Shown piece after piece: positions 1-8,947 of a stretch of DNA of 35,742 bases. The notes beneath the pieces were generated by a model, which did no database searches, had not been told where the DNA came from, and saw only the letters and a program-made list of their open reading frames with translations. The stretch is from the NCBI GenBank assembly GCA_947625085.1, contig CANQMV010000004.1:1-35742 (forward strand). The letters are read 5' to 3'. Position 1 is the first letter of the stretch. Each line of letters starts with the position of its first letter. The DNA comes from an uncultured Bacilli bacterium. Its GTDB lineage: Bacteria; Bacillota_I; Bacilli_A; RF39; UBA660. Position numbers and translations under genes: made by a program.

Positions 1-1
1 T

Positions 2-757
2 TCTACAGAAACTATAAATTTAAATACTTGGTATACAGCAATTGCAACTTATGATAATAGCAAGATGACACTTTATATTTATCAAGATGGAAAATTAAAA
101 AGTAAAGATGAAACAACAATTACTGGGGAAATAAAACCATCTCCAGCGCCAATTATGCTTGGTTCCAATCCTGGTTCTAATGGTAATGCTACGAATATGT
201 TTTTTAACGGAACAATAAGTGATGCATTTGTTTATAGAGATGCTTTAACGGATGAAGAAGTAGAAAAATATTTTAAAGGAGAGATAACTGATTATCCAAA
301 AGATAATTTACTTATTGCAAAAACGGAATTTAATGAGTTAGATACAAGACAAAGGTATCTAGAAGCAAGTGTTGGAACTGAGATTAAGACGGAAGATATT
401 GCAAGTAATTGGGTTTGGATACCAAGATTTAAATATAATACTGTAAATGAAACCATTAATTTTGCAAATGGAATTAAAGATGCCGAGAATGCTCATAAAG
501 CATTTACTTATGAAACTGAAAATTTAGTTGGTTTTTGGATAAATAAAGAAGATATAAATAATTTAGAAGAAGTAAAACAAAATTTAATGGATAATAATAA
601 AAAATATGAGGTTCATACAATAAATGATAATGAAAAAGAAGCAGCCAATTATCTTTTAAATTCAAAATATGGAAATAAATCCCAGTTAGGAAATGCTTTA
701 ACTAATAATCGAGCAGTTATTGATATATATCGTGAATTTCCTTGGCTTAACGAATAA
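2..757 (+). CDS. 5'-truncated surface protein: LamG/concanavalin-like domain followed by a degenerate WIPR-type module related to the 34107-35579 protein
   Basis: Frame is open from base 2 (STETINLNTWYTAIATYDNSKM...), so the start lies outside the window. WYxxxxTYD..LYIYQDG..FNGTISDAFVYRDALTDEEV is a LamG-like pattern. WVWIPRFKY, AHKAF, GFW and AANYLLNSKYG parallel motifs in the last gene. Confidence 0.7.
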   Translation, partial: STETINLNTWYTAIATYDNSKMTLYIYQDGKLKSKDETTITGEIKPSPAPIMLGSNPGSNGNATNMFFNGTISDAFVYRDALTDEEVEKYFKGEITDYPKDNLLIAKTEFNELDTRQRYLEASVGTEIKTEDIASNWVWIPRFKYNTVNETINFANGIKDAENAHKAFTYETENLVGFWINKEDINNLEEVKQNLMDNNKKYEVHTINDNEKEAANYLLNSKYGNKSQLGNALTNNRAVIDIYREFPWLNE

Positions 758-764
758 GATTTTA

Positions 765-814
765 AAATAAAACATATAAAACTAAATTGCTAATAGTATT
801 TATATGTTTTATTT
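765..814 (+). terminator. AT-rich hairpin, probable terminator after the LamG gene
   Basis: AAATAAAACATATAAA-ACTA (765-784) pairs with TAGT-A-TTTATATGTTTTATTT (794-814). Confidence 0.6.
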
Positions 815-929
815 AATTGAATTATCTAAAAAATTATAATATACTAATATTAATAATGCGGGACAAGTTTACTTTTTTCTAGTAAATTACTATAACCTGT
901 GTTAAAATGAATTGTCTGAGAGGAAAAAT

Positions 930-2543
930 ATGATTACAGTTAATAATGTTAGTTTAAGATTTGGAACCAAAACTTTATTTGAAAATGTTAATTTAAAATT
1001 TAATGATGGCGCTTGTTATGGGTTAATTGGTGCAAATGGTAGCGGAAAAAGTACCTTTTTAAAACTTTTAAATGGAACTTTAGAAACAACAACTGGAGAA
1101 ATTATAATTCCAAAAGAAGCCAGAGTTTCAACTTTAGAACAAGACCATTTTAAATATGATGAAGAATTAGTCATAGATGTTGTTATCATGGGTAACAAAA
1201 AATTATATGATGTTAGATGTGAAAAAGATGAATTATATACACATACCGAATTTAGTGAACAAGATGGGATAAGGCTTGGAGAACTTGAGGCTGAGTTTCT
1301 AGAACTTAATGGTTGGGAAGCTGAAAGTGAAGCTAGCACTTTACTTGCTAATTTAGGAATTAAAAACGAATTTCATTATTTAAAAATGAAAGAATTAGAA
1401 AATAATGATAAAGTTAAAGTATTACTTGCTAAAAGTCTCTTTCAAAATCCTGATATTTTATTACTTGATGAGCCAACTAATCATCTTGATGTTGATGCCG
1501 TTAACTGGCTATCGGAATTTATTATTAATTTCCCTAATTGTGTTATTGTGGTAAGTCATGATAGACATTTTTTAAATAATGTTTGTACTAATATTGTAGA
1601 TATAGATTACAAAAAAATGACTCTTTATGCTGGAAATTATGATTTTTGGCGAGAATCAAGTGAACTTTTATTAAAACAAGTTAAAGATTTAAATCGAAAA
1701 AAAGAAGATAAAATTAAAGAATTAAAAGACTTTATTGCTAGATTTTCAGCAAATGCCTCTAAAAGTAAACAAGCAACTTCTAGAAAGAAAATCCTTGAAA
1801 AAATTCAATTAGAAGAAATTATTCCCTCATCAAGAAAATATCCATTTATAGATTTTAAATTTGAAAAACCAAATAGTAGAGAAGTATTAAATGTTAATAA
1901 TCTAACTGTTGATGTTAATGGCCGAAAATTACTTAATAAAGTTTCCTTTACAGTTTTAAAAGATGATAAAATAGCAATAATTGGTTCAAATATCCAAAAA
2001 ACTTTACTATTTAATATTTTAATGCATAAAGAAAAATATACTAAAGGTGAAGTTAAATTTAGTACTAATACTATTGCTAGTTACTTTGAAAATGATAATA
2101 ATAAATATTTTCTACAAGATGAAAATATTATTGAGTGGTTATCAAAAGTAAAAAGAATCGATGATGTTGAAGTTTTAAGAAGCTTTTTAGGTCGAATGTT
2201 ATTTTCGGGTGATGATGTTTTTAAAAGCGTAAAGGTATTATCAGGTGGTGAAAAAGCGAGAGTTATACTTGCTAAAATGATGTTAGAAAATCCTAATTTT
2301 CTAATTTTTGATGAACCAACTAATCACCTTGACCTTGAAAGTATTACATCACTTAATACTGGGATGAAAAATTTTAAAGGTGAGATTATTTTTACAAGTC
2401 AAGATTATGAATTAAATGAAACAGTTGCTAACCGAATTATTGAAATTTTTGAAAATGGAACTATTATTGATAGACGAATTTTATATTCTGAATATATGCA
2501 AGATGAAAATATCAAAAAATTACGAGAAGAAAATAAAATTTAA
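930..2543 (+). CDS. ABC-F family ribosome-associated ATPase (YkpA/YbiT-like)
   Basis: Two ABC domains (GANGSGKST, LLLDEPTNHLD; LSGGEKAR, IFDEPTNHLD), linker RFSANASKSKQATSRKK, no TM segments. RBS GAGAGG before ATG 930. Confidence 0.92.
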   Translation: MITVNNVSLRFGTKTLFENVNLKFNDGACYGLIGANGSGKSTFLKLLNGTLETTTGEIIIPKEARVSTLEQDHFKYDEELVIDVVIMGNKKLYDVRCEKDELYTHTEFSEQDGIRLGELEAEFLELNGWEAESEASTLLANLGIKNEFHYLKMKELENNDKVKVLLAKSLFQNPDILLLDEPTNHLDVDAVNWLSEFIINFPNCVIVVSHDRHFLNNVCTNIVDIDYKKMTLYAGNYDFWRESSELLLKQVKDLNRKKEDKIKELKDFIARFSANASKSKQATSRKKILEKIQLEEIIPSSRKYPFIDFKFEKPNSREVLNVNNLTVDVNGRKLLNKVSFTVLKDDKIAIIGSNIQKTLLFNILMHKEKYTKGEVKFSTNTIASYFENDNNKYFLQDENIIEWLSKVKRIDDVEVLRSFLGRMLFSGDDVFKSVKVLSGGEKARVILAKMMLENPNFLIFDEPTNHLDLESITSLNTGMKNFKGEIIFTSQDYELNETVANRIIEIFENGTIIDRRILYSEYMQDENIKKLREENKI

Positions 2544-2624
2544 AACCATTTACTAAAAAGACGTGCATTACGAGTTAAAATGTTGTATAATCAATTTGCA
2601 TAGAAAAATTAATTTAAAGGTGAT

Positions 2625-3581
2625 ATGATGAATAAAAAAGTTGTAGTTTTAGGTGGAGGTACAGGACTTTCCTGTCTATTAAAAGGATTAAAAGATTTTC
2701 CAGTTGATATTACAACGATTGTTTCGGTTTGTGATGATGGAAGGTCAACGGGAAGACTTCGAAGTGAATTTAATCAAGTCGCGGTTGGAGATATTAGACA
2801 GGTTTTAATTGCTTTATCAGAAACGGAGCCCTTATTTTCAGAACTTTTAAATTATCGTTTTCAAACAACAAGTGATTTAAATGGACATGCCGTTGGTAAT
2901 TTACTTTTAACAGCTATGGCAAGTATTACTGGTAATATGAGTAAAGGAATTAAAGCTTTAAGTAAAGTTTTAAATTTAAAAGGCAAGGTTATTCCTTTAA
3001 GTGAAGATAATTCTATTACTTTAATGGGAGTAATGGAAGATGATAGTATTGTTGAAGGAGAACATAATATTACGAAAACGGCTAAAAAAATCAAAAAAGT
3101 TTATTACAAGACGGAGCCTAAAGTTAGTCGAGATGCAATTAAGGCTATTAAAAATGCTGACCTTATTATTCTTAGTATGGGAAGTATTTATACAAGTATT
3201 ATTCCTTTATTAATATGTAAAGAAATAATTAAAGCCATCGATTCATCAGATGCTAATATTATGTATGTTTGTAATATTGTAACTCAACCAGGAGAAACAG
3301 ATGATTTTAAAGCCAGTGACCATATCAACTTATTAAATAATTATTTAGGAGAGAAAAAAATTGAGGTTGGGATTTTTAATCATGAAAAAATGGACCCAGA
3401 ACTTGTAAAAAAATATGAAACTGAAGAACAAAAAGATCCCGTTATTTTAGATAGAGAAAATTTAACTTCAATAGAAATTATTGAAGATGATTTAATAACC
3501 GATGAAAGCGGTATTTTCCGTCATGATACAATAAGACTTGGTTTTAATATTTTTTCTTATTTATTAAATCATAAAAAATAA
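2625..3581 (+). CDS. yvcK: UDP-GlcNAc-binding gluconeogenesis/cell-shape factor YvcK/GlmR (UPF0052)
   Basis: VVVLGGGTGLS, DDGRSTGRLR, GDIR, HAVGNLLL, GSIYTSIIP, TQPGETD and RHD motifs. Confidence 0.92.
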   Translation: MMNKKVVVLGGGTGLSCLLKGLKDFPVDITTIVSVCDDGRSTGRLRSEFNQVAVGDIRQVLIALSETEPLFSELLNYRFQTTSDLNGHAVGNLLLTAMASITGNMSKGIKALSKVLNLKGKVIPLSEDNSITLMGVMEDDSIVEGEHNITKTAKKIKKVYYKTEPKVSRDAIKAIKNADLIILSMGSIYTSIIPLLICKEIIKAIDSSDANIMYVCNIVTQPGETDDFKASDHINLLNNYLGEKKIEVGIFNHEKMDPELVKKYETEEQKDPVILDRENLTSIEIIEDDLITDESGIFRHDTIRLGFNIFSYLLNHKK

Positions 3582-3595
3582 GAAGTGAGGTTTTT

Positions 3596-4075
3596 ATGAG
3601 AAAAGCATTAGTTTTTAAAATTATTTTGGTAGTTTTTCTTTTTGGTTTCGCCTTTGGTACAAGTTTTCTTGTAACATCATTTTTAGATAAAGACAAATTT
3701 ACTAATCCAAAATTACTAGTAACTTTTGAAGATTCTAGAGAATTTAATTTAGAAAATTTACAAAAACAAAAAGAAGAAGAAGCGTTAACAAATTATCCTT
3801 ATATTTTTACAATTGAAAATAAAAGTAACACTAAAACTAATTTTAATATCAAAATTACGGATACTTTAAAAAATCTAACTAGAGATGATTTAGCTTATGT
3901 TTTAGTATTAAATAATCAAACTATTAAAAGTGGTAATTTAAAAGATATAAAAGCTGATATTTTATATAATGGCGAAATAGCTAAAAATAAAACAGATACT
4001 TATAAACTATATATTTATGTAACTAATGAATTAAAAGATATTTCTTATAAATATTCACTTAGTATTATATCTTAA
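3596..4075 (+). CDS. Hypothetical N-terminally anchored/secreted beta-rich protein
   Basis: RBS GAGG. Hydrophobic N-terminal segment, then a beta-sandwich-like pattern (YIFTIENKS...YKLYIYV). Confidence 0.7.
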   Translation: MRKALVFKIILVVFLFGFAFGTSFLVTSFLDKDKFTNPKLLVTFEDSREFNLENLQKQKEEEALTNYPYIFTIENKSNTKTNFNIKITDTLKNLTRDDLAYVLVLNNQTIKSGNLKDIKADILYNGEIAKNKTDTYKLYIYVTNELKDISYKYSLSIIS

Positions 4076-4084
4076 GAGGGGATT

Positions 4085-4762
4085 ATGAATAAAATTAAAT
4101 TAAATCAAGTAATAAGTGATGGTAATATTGTAATTCCTCTTTATATTTTAAAATATTTTAAAAAATTAAATTTAAAAATGGATGAATTTGTTTTTTTAAT
4201 GTATTTATATAATAAACAAGATAATTTAGATTTTAATCCTGAAAAGATAGCTCAAGATTTAAATTTAGATATTATGGAAGTAATGGGTTATATTTCCGTT
4301 TTAGCTGATAAAGGTTATTTAAGTTTAGATGTTTTAAAAACGGATGATAATCTTTTAACGGAAGTTATTAATTTAAAAAGTTTTTATGAAAAAATAAGTA
4401 CGTTCTTAATTAATTCGGAAACTGAATTAAAAGAAGAAAGTAATGATGATATTTTTAAATTTGTTGAAAAAGAATTAGGAAGAAGTTTATCGGCAATTGA
4501 AATTGAAACAATTAAAGTTTGGCAAACCAACAATATTGAGGAAGAACTTATTAAAGAAGCCGTTCGAATTGCTTTAGATAATGGTGTTTATAGTTTAAAA
4601 TATATTGATAGAATTCTTAATGATTTTAAGAGTCGAGGTATTGTAAGTATTAAAGAGATTAAAGAAAATAATAAGGAAATTACAAAAGAAGATAATAGTA
4701 TTATAGATGAAACTATAGATTGGAATTGGTTGGATGATGAAGAAGAATATATTGCAAATTGA
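4085..4762 (+). CDS. dnaD: Primosomal protein DnaD
   Basis: N-terminal IPxxILKYFKKLNL winged-helix region. C-terminal DnaB_2 domain EKELGRSLSAIEIE..W...SLKYIDRIL. Syntenic with nth as in Bacillus. Confidence 0.88.
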   Translation: MNKIKLNQVISDGNIVIPLYILKYFKKLNLKMDEFVFLMYLYNKQDNLDFNPEKIAQDLNLDIMEVMGYISVLADKGYLSLDVLKTDDNLLTEVINLKSFYEKISTFLINSETELKEESNDDIFKFVEKELGRSLSAIEIETIKVWQTNNIEEELIKEAVRIALDNGVYSLKYIDRILNDFKSRGIVSIKEIKENNKEITKEDNSIIDETIDWNWLDDEEEYIAN

Positions 4763-5369
4763 AAATTATTTAGATGAATTATTTAAAGACCCTAAATGTG
4801 AACTTAATTATAGTAAAGATTATGAACTTTTAATTGCAGTAATGCTATCTGCTCAAACAACTGATAAAGGAGTTAATAAAGTAACTAGTATTCTATATCA
4901 AAAATATGATACTTTAGAAAAATTAAGTAAAGCTTTAGTAGATGATGTTAAAGAAATTATTAGACCAATTGGAAATTATAATAAAAAGGCTAATAATGTT
5001 TTAGCTATTTCAAAGGCTTTACTTGAAAATTTTGATGGTAAAGTTCCAAAGACTAATCAAGAACTTGAAAGTATGGAGGGAGTTGGGAGAAAGACAGCTA
5101 ATGTTGTTTTAGGTGAACTTTTTGATATAGAATCATTTGCGGTTGATACACATGTAATTAGAGTTGCTAATCGTTTGCAACTAGTAAATTCAAAAGACCC
5201 TTTAATAATTGAAGAAAAATTAAAAAAACTTTTTCCAAGAAAAAAATGGAATAAATTACATAAACAATTAGTTTTATTTGGTAGATATAAATGTAAAGCT
5301 ATAAAACCAGATTGTACAGGTTGTCAATTTGCAAGTTTTTGTAAAAAAGAATATCAAAAAAGAAAATAG
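4734..5369 (+). CDS. nth: Endonuclease III
   Basis: LLIAVMLSAQTTD, HhH GVGRKTANVV, AVDTHV, and 4Fe-4S motif C-x6-C-x2-C-x5-C. Confidence 0.95.
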   Translation: MMKKNILQIENYLDELFKDPKCELNYSKDYELLIAVMLSAQTTDKGVNKVTSILYQKYDTLEKLSKALVDDVKEIIRPIGNYNKKANNVLAISKALLENFDGKVPKTNQELESMEGVGRKTANVVLGELFDIESFAVDTHVIRVANRLQLVNSKDPLIIEEKLKKLFPRKKWNKLHKQLVLFGRYKCKAIKPDCTGCQFASFCKKEYQKRK

Positions 5370-5403
5370 ACTACAATATAAAAAGAAAATAGATTAAAAA
5401 AAC

Positions 5404-5432
5404 TTGAAAGCCTATTTTTTTTATGATAATAT
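5404..5432 (+). promoter_or_regulatory. sigmaA promoter of the proS leader
   Basis: TTGAAA-17 bp-TAATAT with TG extension. Confidence 0.5.
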
Positions 5433-5444
5433 TAATTTGTAAAT

Positions 5445-5633
5445 CTTGTGATGGGGAATATTATAAAGATTTTTTCAAAGTGAGCTTGGTATAGTGGAAA
5501 CAAGTGTTAAGGTGTTATAATTCCTACCCCTAAAGAGAATATAGAAATATATTCCGGCATTGTCGTTAAAAAAATAAGTTAAAAAAAGGATGGTACCGTG
5601 CTATGCACTCCTGGTACGATTCTTTTTTATTTT
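5445..5633 (+). ncRNA. T-box riboswitch (Pro, specifier CCU)
   Basis: GATGGGG pairs with CCCC at the base of Stem I. AGTGAG and GTG apical motifs present. CCT-A at 5523. Antiterminator AGGA-TGGTACC-GTGC-TAT-GCAC-TCCT (5587-5612) is followed by a T-run, upstream of proS. Confidence 0.88.
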
Positions 5634-5645
5634 AAGGAGGAAAAA

Positions 5646-7073
5646 ATGGCTAATCAAAAAATTACGTCAAGAAATGTTGATTTTGCAAAATGGTATACTG
5701 ATGTTGTTTCGGCAGCTAAACTTTGCTGTTATTCTAATGTAAAAGGATGTATTATTCTAGAACCTTATGGTTATGCAATTTGGGAAAAAATGCAATCAGT
5801 AATTGATTCGATGTTAAAACAAAGTAATCATCAAAATGTTGCTCTTCCAATGTTAATTCCTGAAAATTTAATGAAAAAAGAAAGCGATTTAATTAATGGC
5901 TTTGCTCCTGAAGTTGCTTGGGTTACTCAAGGTGGGTCCGAAAAACTTGATGAGAAAATGTGTATTAGACCAACAAGTGAAACCTTATTTAGTGATTACT
6001 ATTCAGGAATTGTTAAATCATATCGTGATTTACCAATTAAATATAATCAGTGGTGTACGGTTGTTAGATGGGAAAAAGAAACCAGACCTTTTTTAAGAAG
6101 TAGAGAATTTTGGTGGCAAGAGGGTCATACTATTCATGCAACAAAAGAAGAAGCGATGGAAGAAGTCAACTTTGTTATGGAAAATATTTATAAGAAATTT
6201 TTCTATGACTACTTAGCAATTCCTGCTATAACAGGGCTAAAAACGGAAAAAGAAAAATTTGCGGGAGCGGATTATACATTAACAATTGAAGCTTTAATGT
6301 ATAATGGAGTATCTTTACAATCTGGAACTTCGCATTATTTTGGACAAAGATTTTCCAAAGCTTATGATATTAAATTTTTAAATAAAAATAATGAATGGGA
6401 AAATGCTTATCAAACTTCTTTTGGAGTATCATCTAGAATGATTGGAGCGCTTATTATGGTTCATAGTGATGATGATGGATTAGTTTTACCTCCAAAGATT
6501 GCTCCACTTCAAACAATAATAATTCCAATAGGTTCAGCTCCTGAAGTTTTAAATTTAGCTTTAAAGATAAAAGACCAATTAGAAAGTAAAAATATTTCGG
6601 TTTCAATCGATGATTCTTCAAAATCACCAGGGTTTAAGTTTGCAGCGGCTGAGGTTAAAGGAATTCCGGTTCGAATAGAAATTGGAAGTCGCGATTTAGA
6701 AAATGGTCATATTACACTTGTAAGACGAGATACTAAAGAAAAAATAACTGTTGAAAAAGACTCTGATATTTCTTTAGAAGTTCAAACTTTAATGGAAAAA
6801 ATTCAAACTAATTTATTAACAAGAGCTACTAAAAGACGAGATGAAATGACTTATACGGCCAAAACTTTTAAAGAAGTTCAAGAAATTATGGATAAAAATC
6901 CTGGTTTTATTAAAGCTTCTTGGTGTGGCAAAAGTGAGTGTGAAGAAAAAATGAAAGAGATTAAAGGATTAAAATCACGTTGTATTTTAAAAGATGAAAA
7001 ATTAATAAGTGACAAATGTGTAGTTTGTGGCAAGGAAGCTCATGATTTAGTTGTTTGGGGAATTCAATACTAA
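5646..7073 (+). CDS. proS: Proline--tRNA ligase (archaeal/eukaryotic type)
   Basis: RPTSET, RWEKETRPFLRSREFWWQEGHT, QSGTSHYFGQ and C-terminal Zn-binding cysteines. RBS AAGGAGG before ATG 5646. Confidence 0.96.
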   Translation: MANQKITSRNVDFAKWYTDVVSAAKLCCYSNVKGCIILEPYGYAIWEKMQSVIDSMLKQSNHQNVALPMLIPENLMKKESDLINGFAPEVAWVTQGGSEKLDEKMCIRPTSETLFSDYYSGIVKSYRDLPIKYNQWCTVVRWEKETRPFLRSREFWWQEGHTIHATKEEAMEEVNFVMENIYKKFFYDYLAIPAITGLKTEKEKFAGADYTLTIEALMYNGVSLQSGTSHYFGQRFSKAYDIKFLNKNNEWENAYQTSFGVSSRMIGALIMVHSDDDGLVLPPKIAPLQTIIIPIGSAPEVLNLALKIKDQLESKNISVSIDDSSKSPGFKFAAAEVKGIPVRIEIGSRDLENGHITLVRRDTKEKITVEKDSDISLEVQTLMEKIQTNLLTRATKRRDEMTYTAKTFKEVQEIMDKNPGFIKASWCGKSECEEKMKEIKGLKSRCILKDEKLISDKCVVCGKEAHDLVVWGIQY

Positions 7074-7978
7074 TGAAACTAATATTTGTAACTTCTAATC
7101 CTTTAAAATTTAAAGCTTGTAAACAAGTTTTAGGTGATATAGTTGATTTAGAACAAAAAAGTCTTGAATTAACGGAAATTCAAGGAACTCCCCTTGAAGT
7201 TGCAATCGAAAAAGCTCATCAGGCTTTTGAAATTCTAAAAACTCCTTTAATAATAAACGATTCAGCTTTGGTTATTAAAGCCCTTAATGGCTTTCCGGGT
7301 GCTTATGCTAAATATGTTGAAGATACCCTAGGTGAAAAAATTTTAAAACTTATGGAAAGCGAGAAAGAAAGAAGTGCTTATTATCTTGATTATTTAGTTT
7401 ATATTGATAAATATGGTTATCAAGTCTTTACTTCCAAAACTAAAGGGAAAATTCTAGAGTCTCCAATAATTGCCGATAGACCCTATGATAAAATTTTTGC
7501 GAAAGAAAATGATAGTAAAAGTGCCTATCAAAATAGTACCTATGATGACTTTTTAACTTTTTTAAAAAAAAGACGAGTAGCAAGAGGCATTACCTTTTTT
7601 GGTTCTAAAGTTTTACTTTTAAAAAGAAGTAGGCTAGACGAAAATAAAAGATTAAATTATTATGCTATTCCAGGAGGAGGACTAGAAACTCTAGAAACGC
7701 CTGAAGATGCTTTAATTAGAGAACTTAAAGAAGAGACAAGTATCAACGTTAAACCTTTAAAATACCTAGGAATGGATACCTATGAAAAAGGGGTTACTTA
7801 TTATTTCTTAACTAAATATTTAGATGGCAAAGTTCAGTTAGGTGGCGAAGAAAAAGAAAATAATAATCCAGATAATTACTATGAAATAGCTTTAATAGAT
7901 ATATCTGAACTTGCTAATTTAAAAATTTATGGAATAGGCAAAGAAATGATAGAAAAAGCTTATGAAATGTTAAAATAA
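7073..7978 (+). CDS. Fusion of a Ham1/RdgB non-canonical purine NTP pyrophosphatase with a Nudix hydrolase
   Basis: N-terminal FVTSNPLK, EIQG, DSAL..ALNGFPGAYAK. C-terminal Nudix box GGGLETLETPEDALIRELKEETSI. TAATG overlap with the proS stop. Confidence 0.85.
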   Translation: MKLIFVTSNPLKFKACKQVLGDIVDLEQKSLELTEIQGTPLEVAIEKAHQAFEILKTPLIINDSALVIKALNGFPGAYAKYVEDTLGEKILKLMESEKERSAYYLDYLVYIDKYGYQVFTSKTKGKILESPIIADRPYDKIFAKENDSKSAYQNSTYDDFLTFLKKRRVARGITFFGSKVLLLKRSRLDENKRLNYYAIPGGGLETLETPEDALIRELKEETSINVKPLKYLGMDTYEKGVTYYFLTKYLDGKVQLGGEEKENNNPDNYYEIALIDISELANLKIYGIGKEMIEKAYEMLK

Positions 7979-8033
7979 TAGACTAAACTATCACGATTAA
8001 CTTTTTTTAACATATAATTTATTAGGTGATTTT

Positions 8034-8411
8034 ATGTCAAAGGTAGAATTTAAAGAATTTGTAAGAAAAAATCCCCATTTAATAGATGTTGTTTCCAAAA
8101 ATGAAACTAGTTGGCAAAAATTGTATGAACTATATGATTTATATGGTGAAGAAAACGAAGTTTGGAATAAATATAAAAAGACAAATGCTACTTCTAATCA
8201 AAATAATAATCAAGCAAATTTAAATAATAGTTTTTCAACGTTTAAAGATTTATTCAATTTTGTAAAAGGAATCGATTTAAATAGTGTTCAAAAAGGATTA
8301 AATAGTCTTGATAAAGCAATAGAAGCCTTTAAAGAATTAACACCAACTGCAGCAAAAGGAGCGGCCGAAGCCTACGAACCACGACCAACTTATCGATATT
8401 TTGAGGATTAA
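8034..8411 (+). CDS. ylbD: YlbD-like spore coat protein
   Basis: EFKEFVRKNPHL...SWQKLYELYDLYGE..VWNKY resembles Bacillus YlbD. Synteny ylbD-ylbE-ylbF-rsmD(ylbH). Confidence 0.78.
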   Translation: MSKVEFKEFVRKNPHLIDVVSKNETSWQKLYELYDLYGEENEVWNKYKKTNATSNQNNNQANLNNSFSTFKDLFNFVKGIDLNSVQKGLNSLDKAIEAFKELTPTAAKGAAEAYEPRPTYRYFED

Positions 8412-8413
8412 AA

Positions 8414-8635
8414 ATGAGTTTAGAATGCCAATTTTATTTAAATCGTAATCCAAATTTAAAAAGATTTCTACATGAAAATCCACGTAATTATAAATTTTTA
8501 AATAGAAATCCTAACTATATTTTTGAACTTGAAAAACAAATGAAAGCAAAGTATAAACTTACATTACCTGATAAAATTGCAAAATTACAAGATAAATTAG
8601 ATATGTTAAATACTTTTATTGATATTTTAAACTAA
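8414..8635 (+). CDS. ylbE: YlbE-like protein
   Basis: KRFLHENPRNYKFLNRNP...KYKLTLPDKI resembles YlbE. Position directly after ylbD. Confidence 0.72.
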   Translation: MSLECQFYLNRNPNLKRFLHENPRNYKFLNRNPNYIFELEKQMKAKYKLTLPDKIAKLQDKLDMLNTFIDILN

Positions 8636-8662
8636 ATTCGTTATAATTAAATCGTGATATAT

Positions 8663-8947
8663 ATGAAATATAATGATTTAATTAACGAACTTTTTTTATT
8701 ACTTGATGAAAATCAAGATATTAAGAAAATAAAAAAGTTAAAAAAAAGTTTAAAAGAAGATAAAAATTTACAAACTTTATTAACTGATTATAAAAACTCT
8801 TTAAATGTTAAACTAAAAAAAAGACTTTTTGAAAACCCTGATTATTTAGAATATTTAAAATGTGAAAGTAATTTAAATATTTTAGTTTTTGATATTAAAA
8901 AAAGATTTTCAAAGTTTCAAGAGAGGTCTTGTAATGAAAGTAATTAG
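8663..8947 (+). CDS. Shortened YlbF/RicF-like helical protein
   Basis: Coiled-coil pattern with LFENPDYLEYLKCESNLN. Occupies the ylbF position. Alternative GTG start at 8654. Confidence 0.55.
   Translation: MKYNDLINELFLLLDENQDIKKIKKLKKSLKEDKNLQTLLTDYKNSLNVKLKKRLFENPDYLEYLKCESNLNILVFDIKKRFSKFQERSCNESN

Noticed and set aside
1970-2015. Degenerate second Walker A in the ABC-F protein (GSNIQKTLL)
   Set aside because: A degenerate second P-loop is, to my knowledge, usual in the YkpA-like subfamily and is not evidence of a pseudogene.
5598-5645. Longer ORF-track starts for proS (also 912, 7055, 8889, 9466, 10483, 27645, 30563)
   Set aside because: Downstream ATGs have proper RBSs and match family N-termini. 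The proS extension lies within the T-box.
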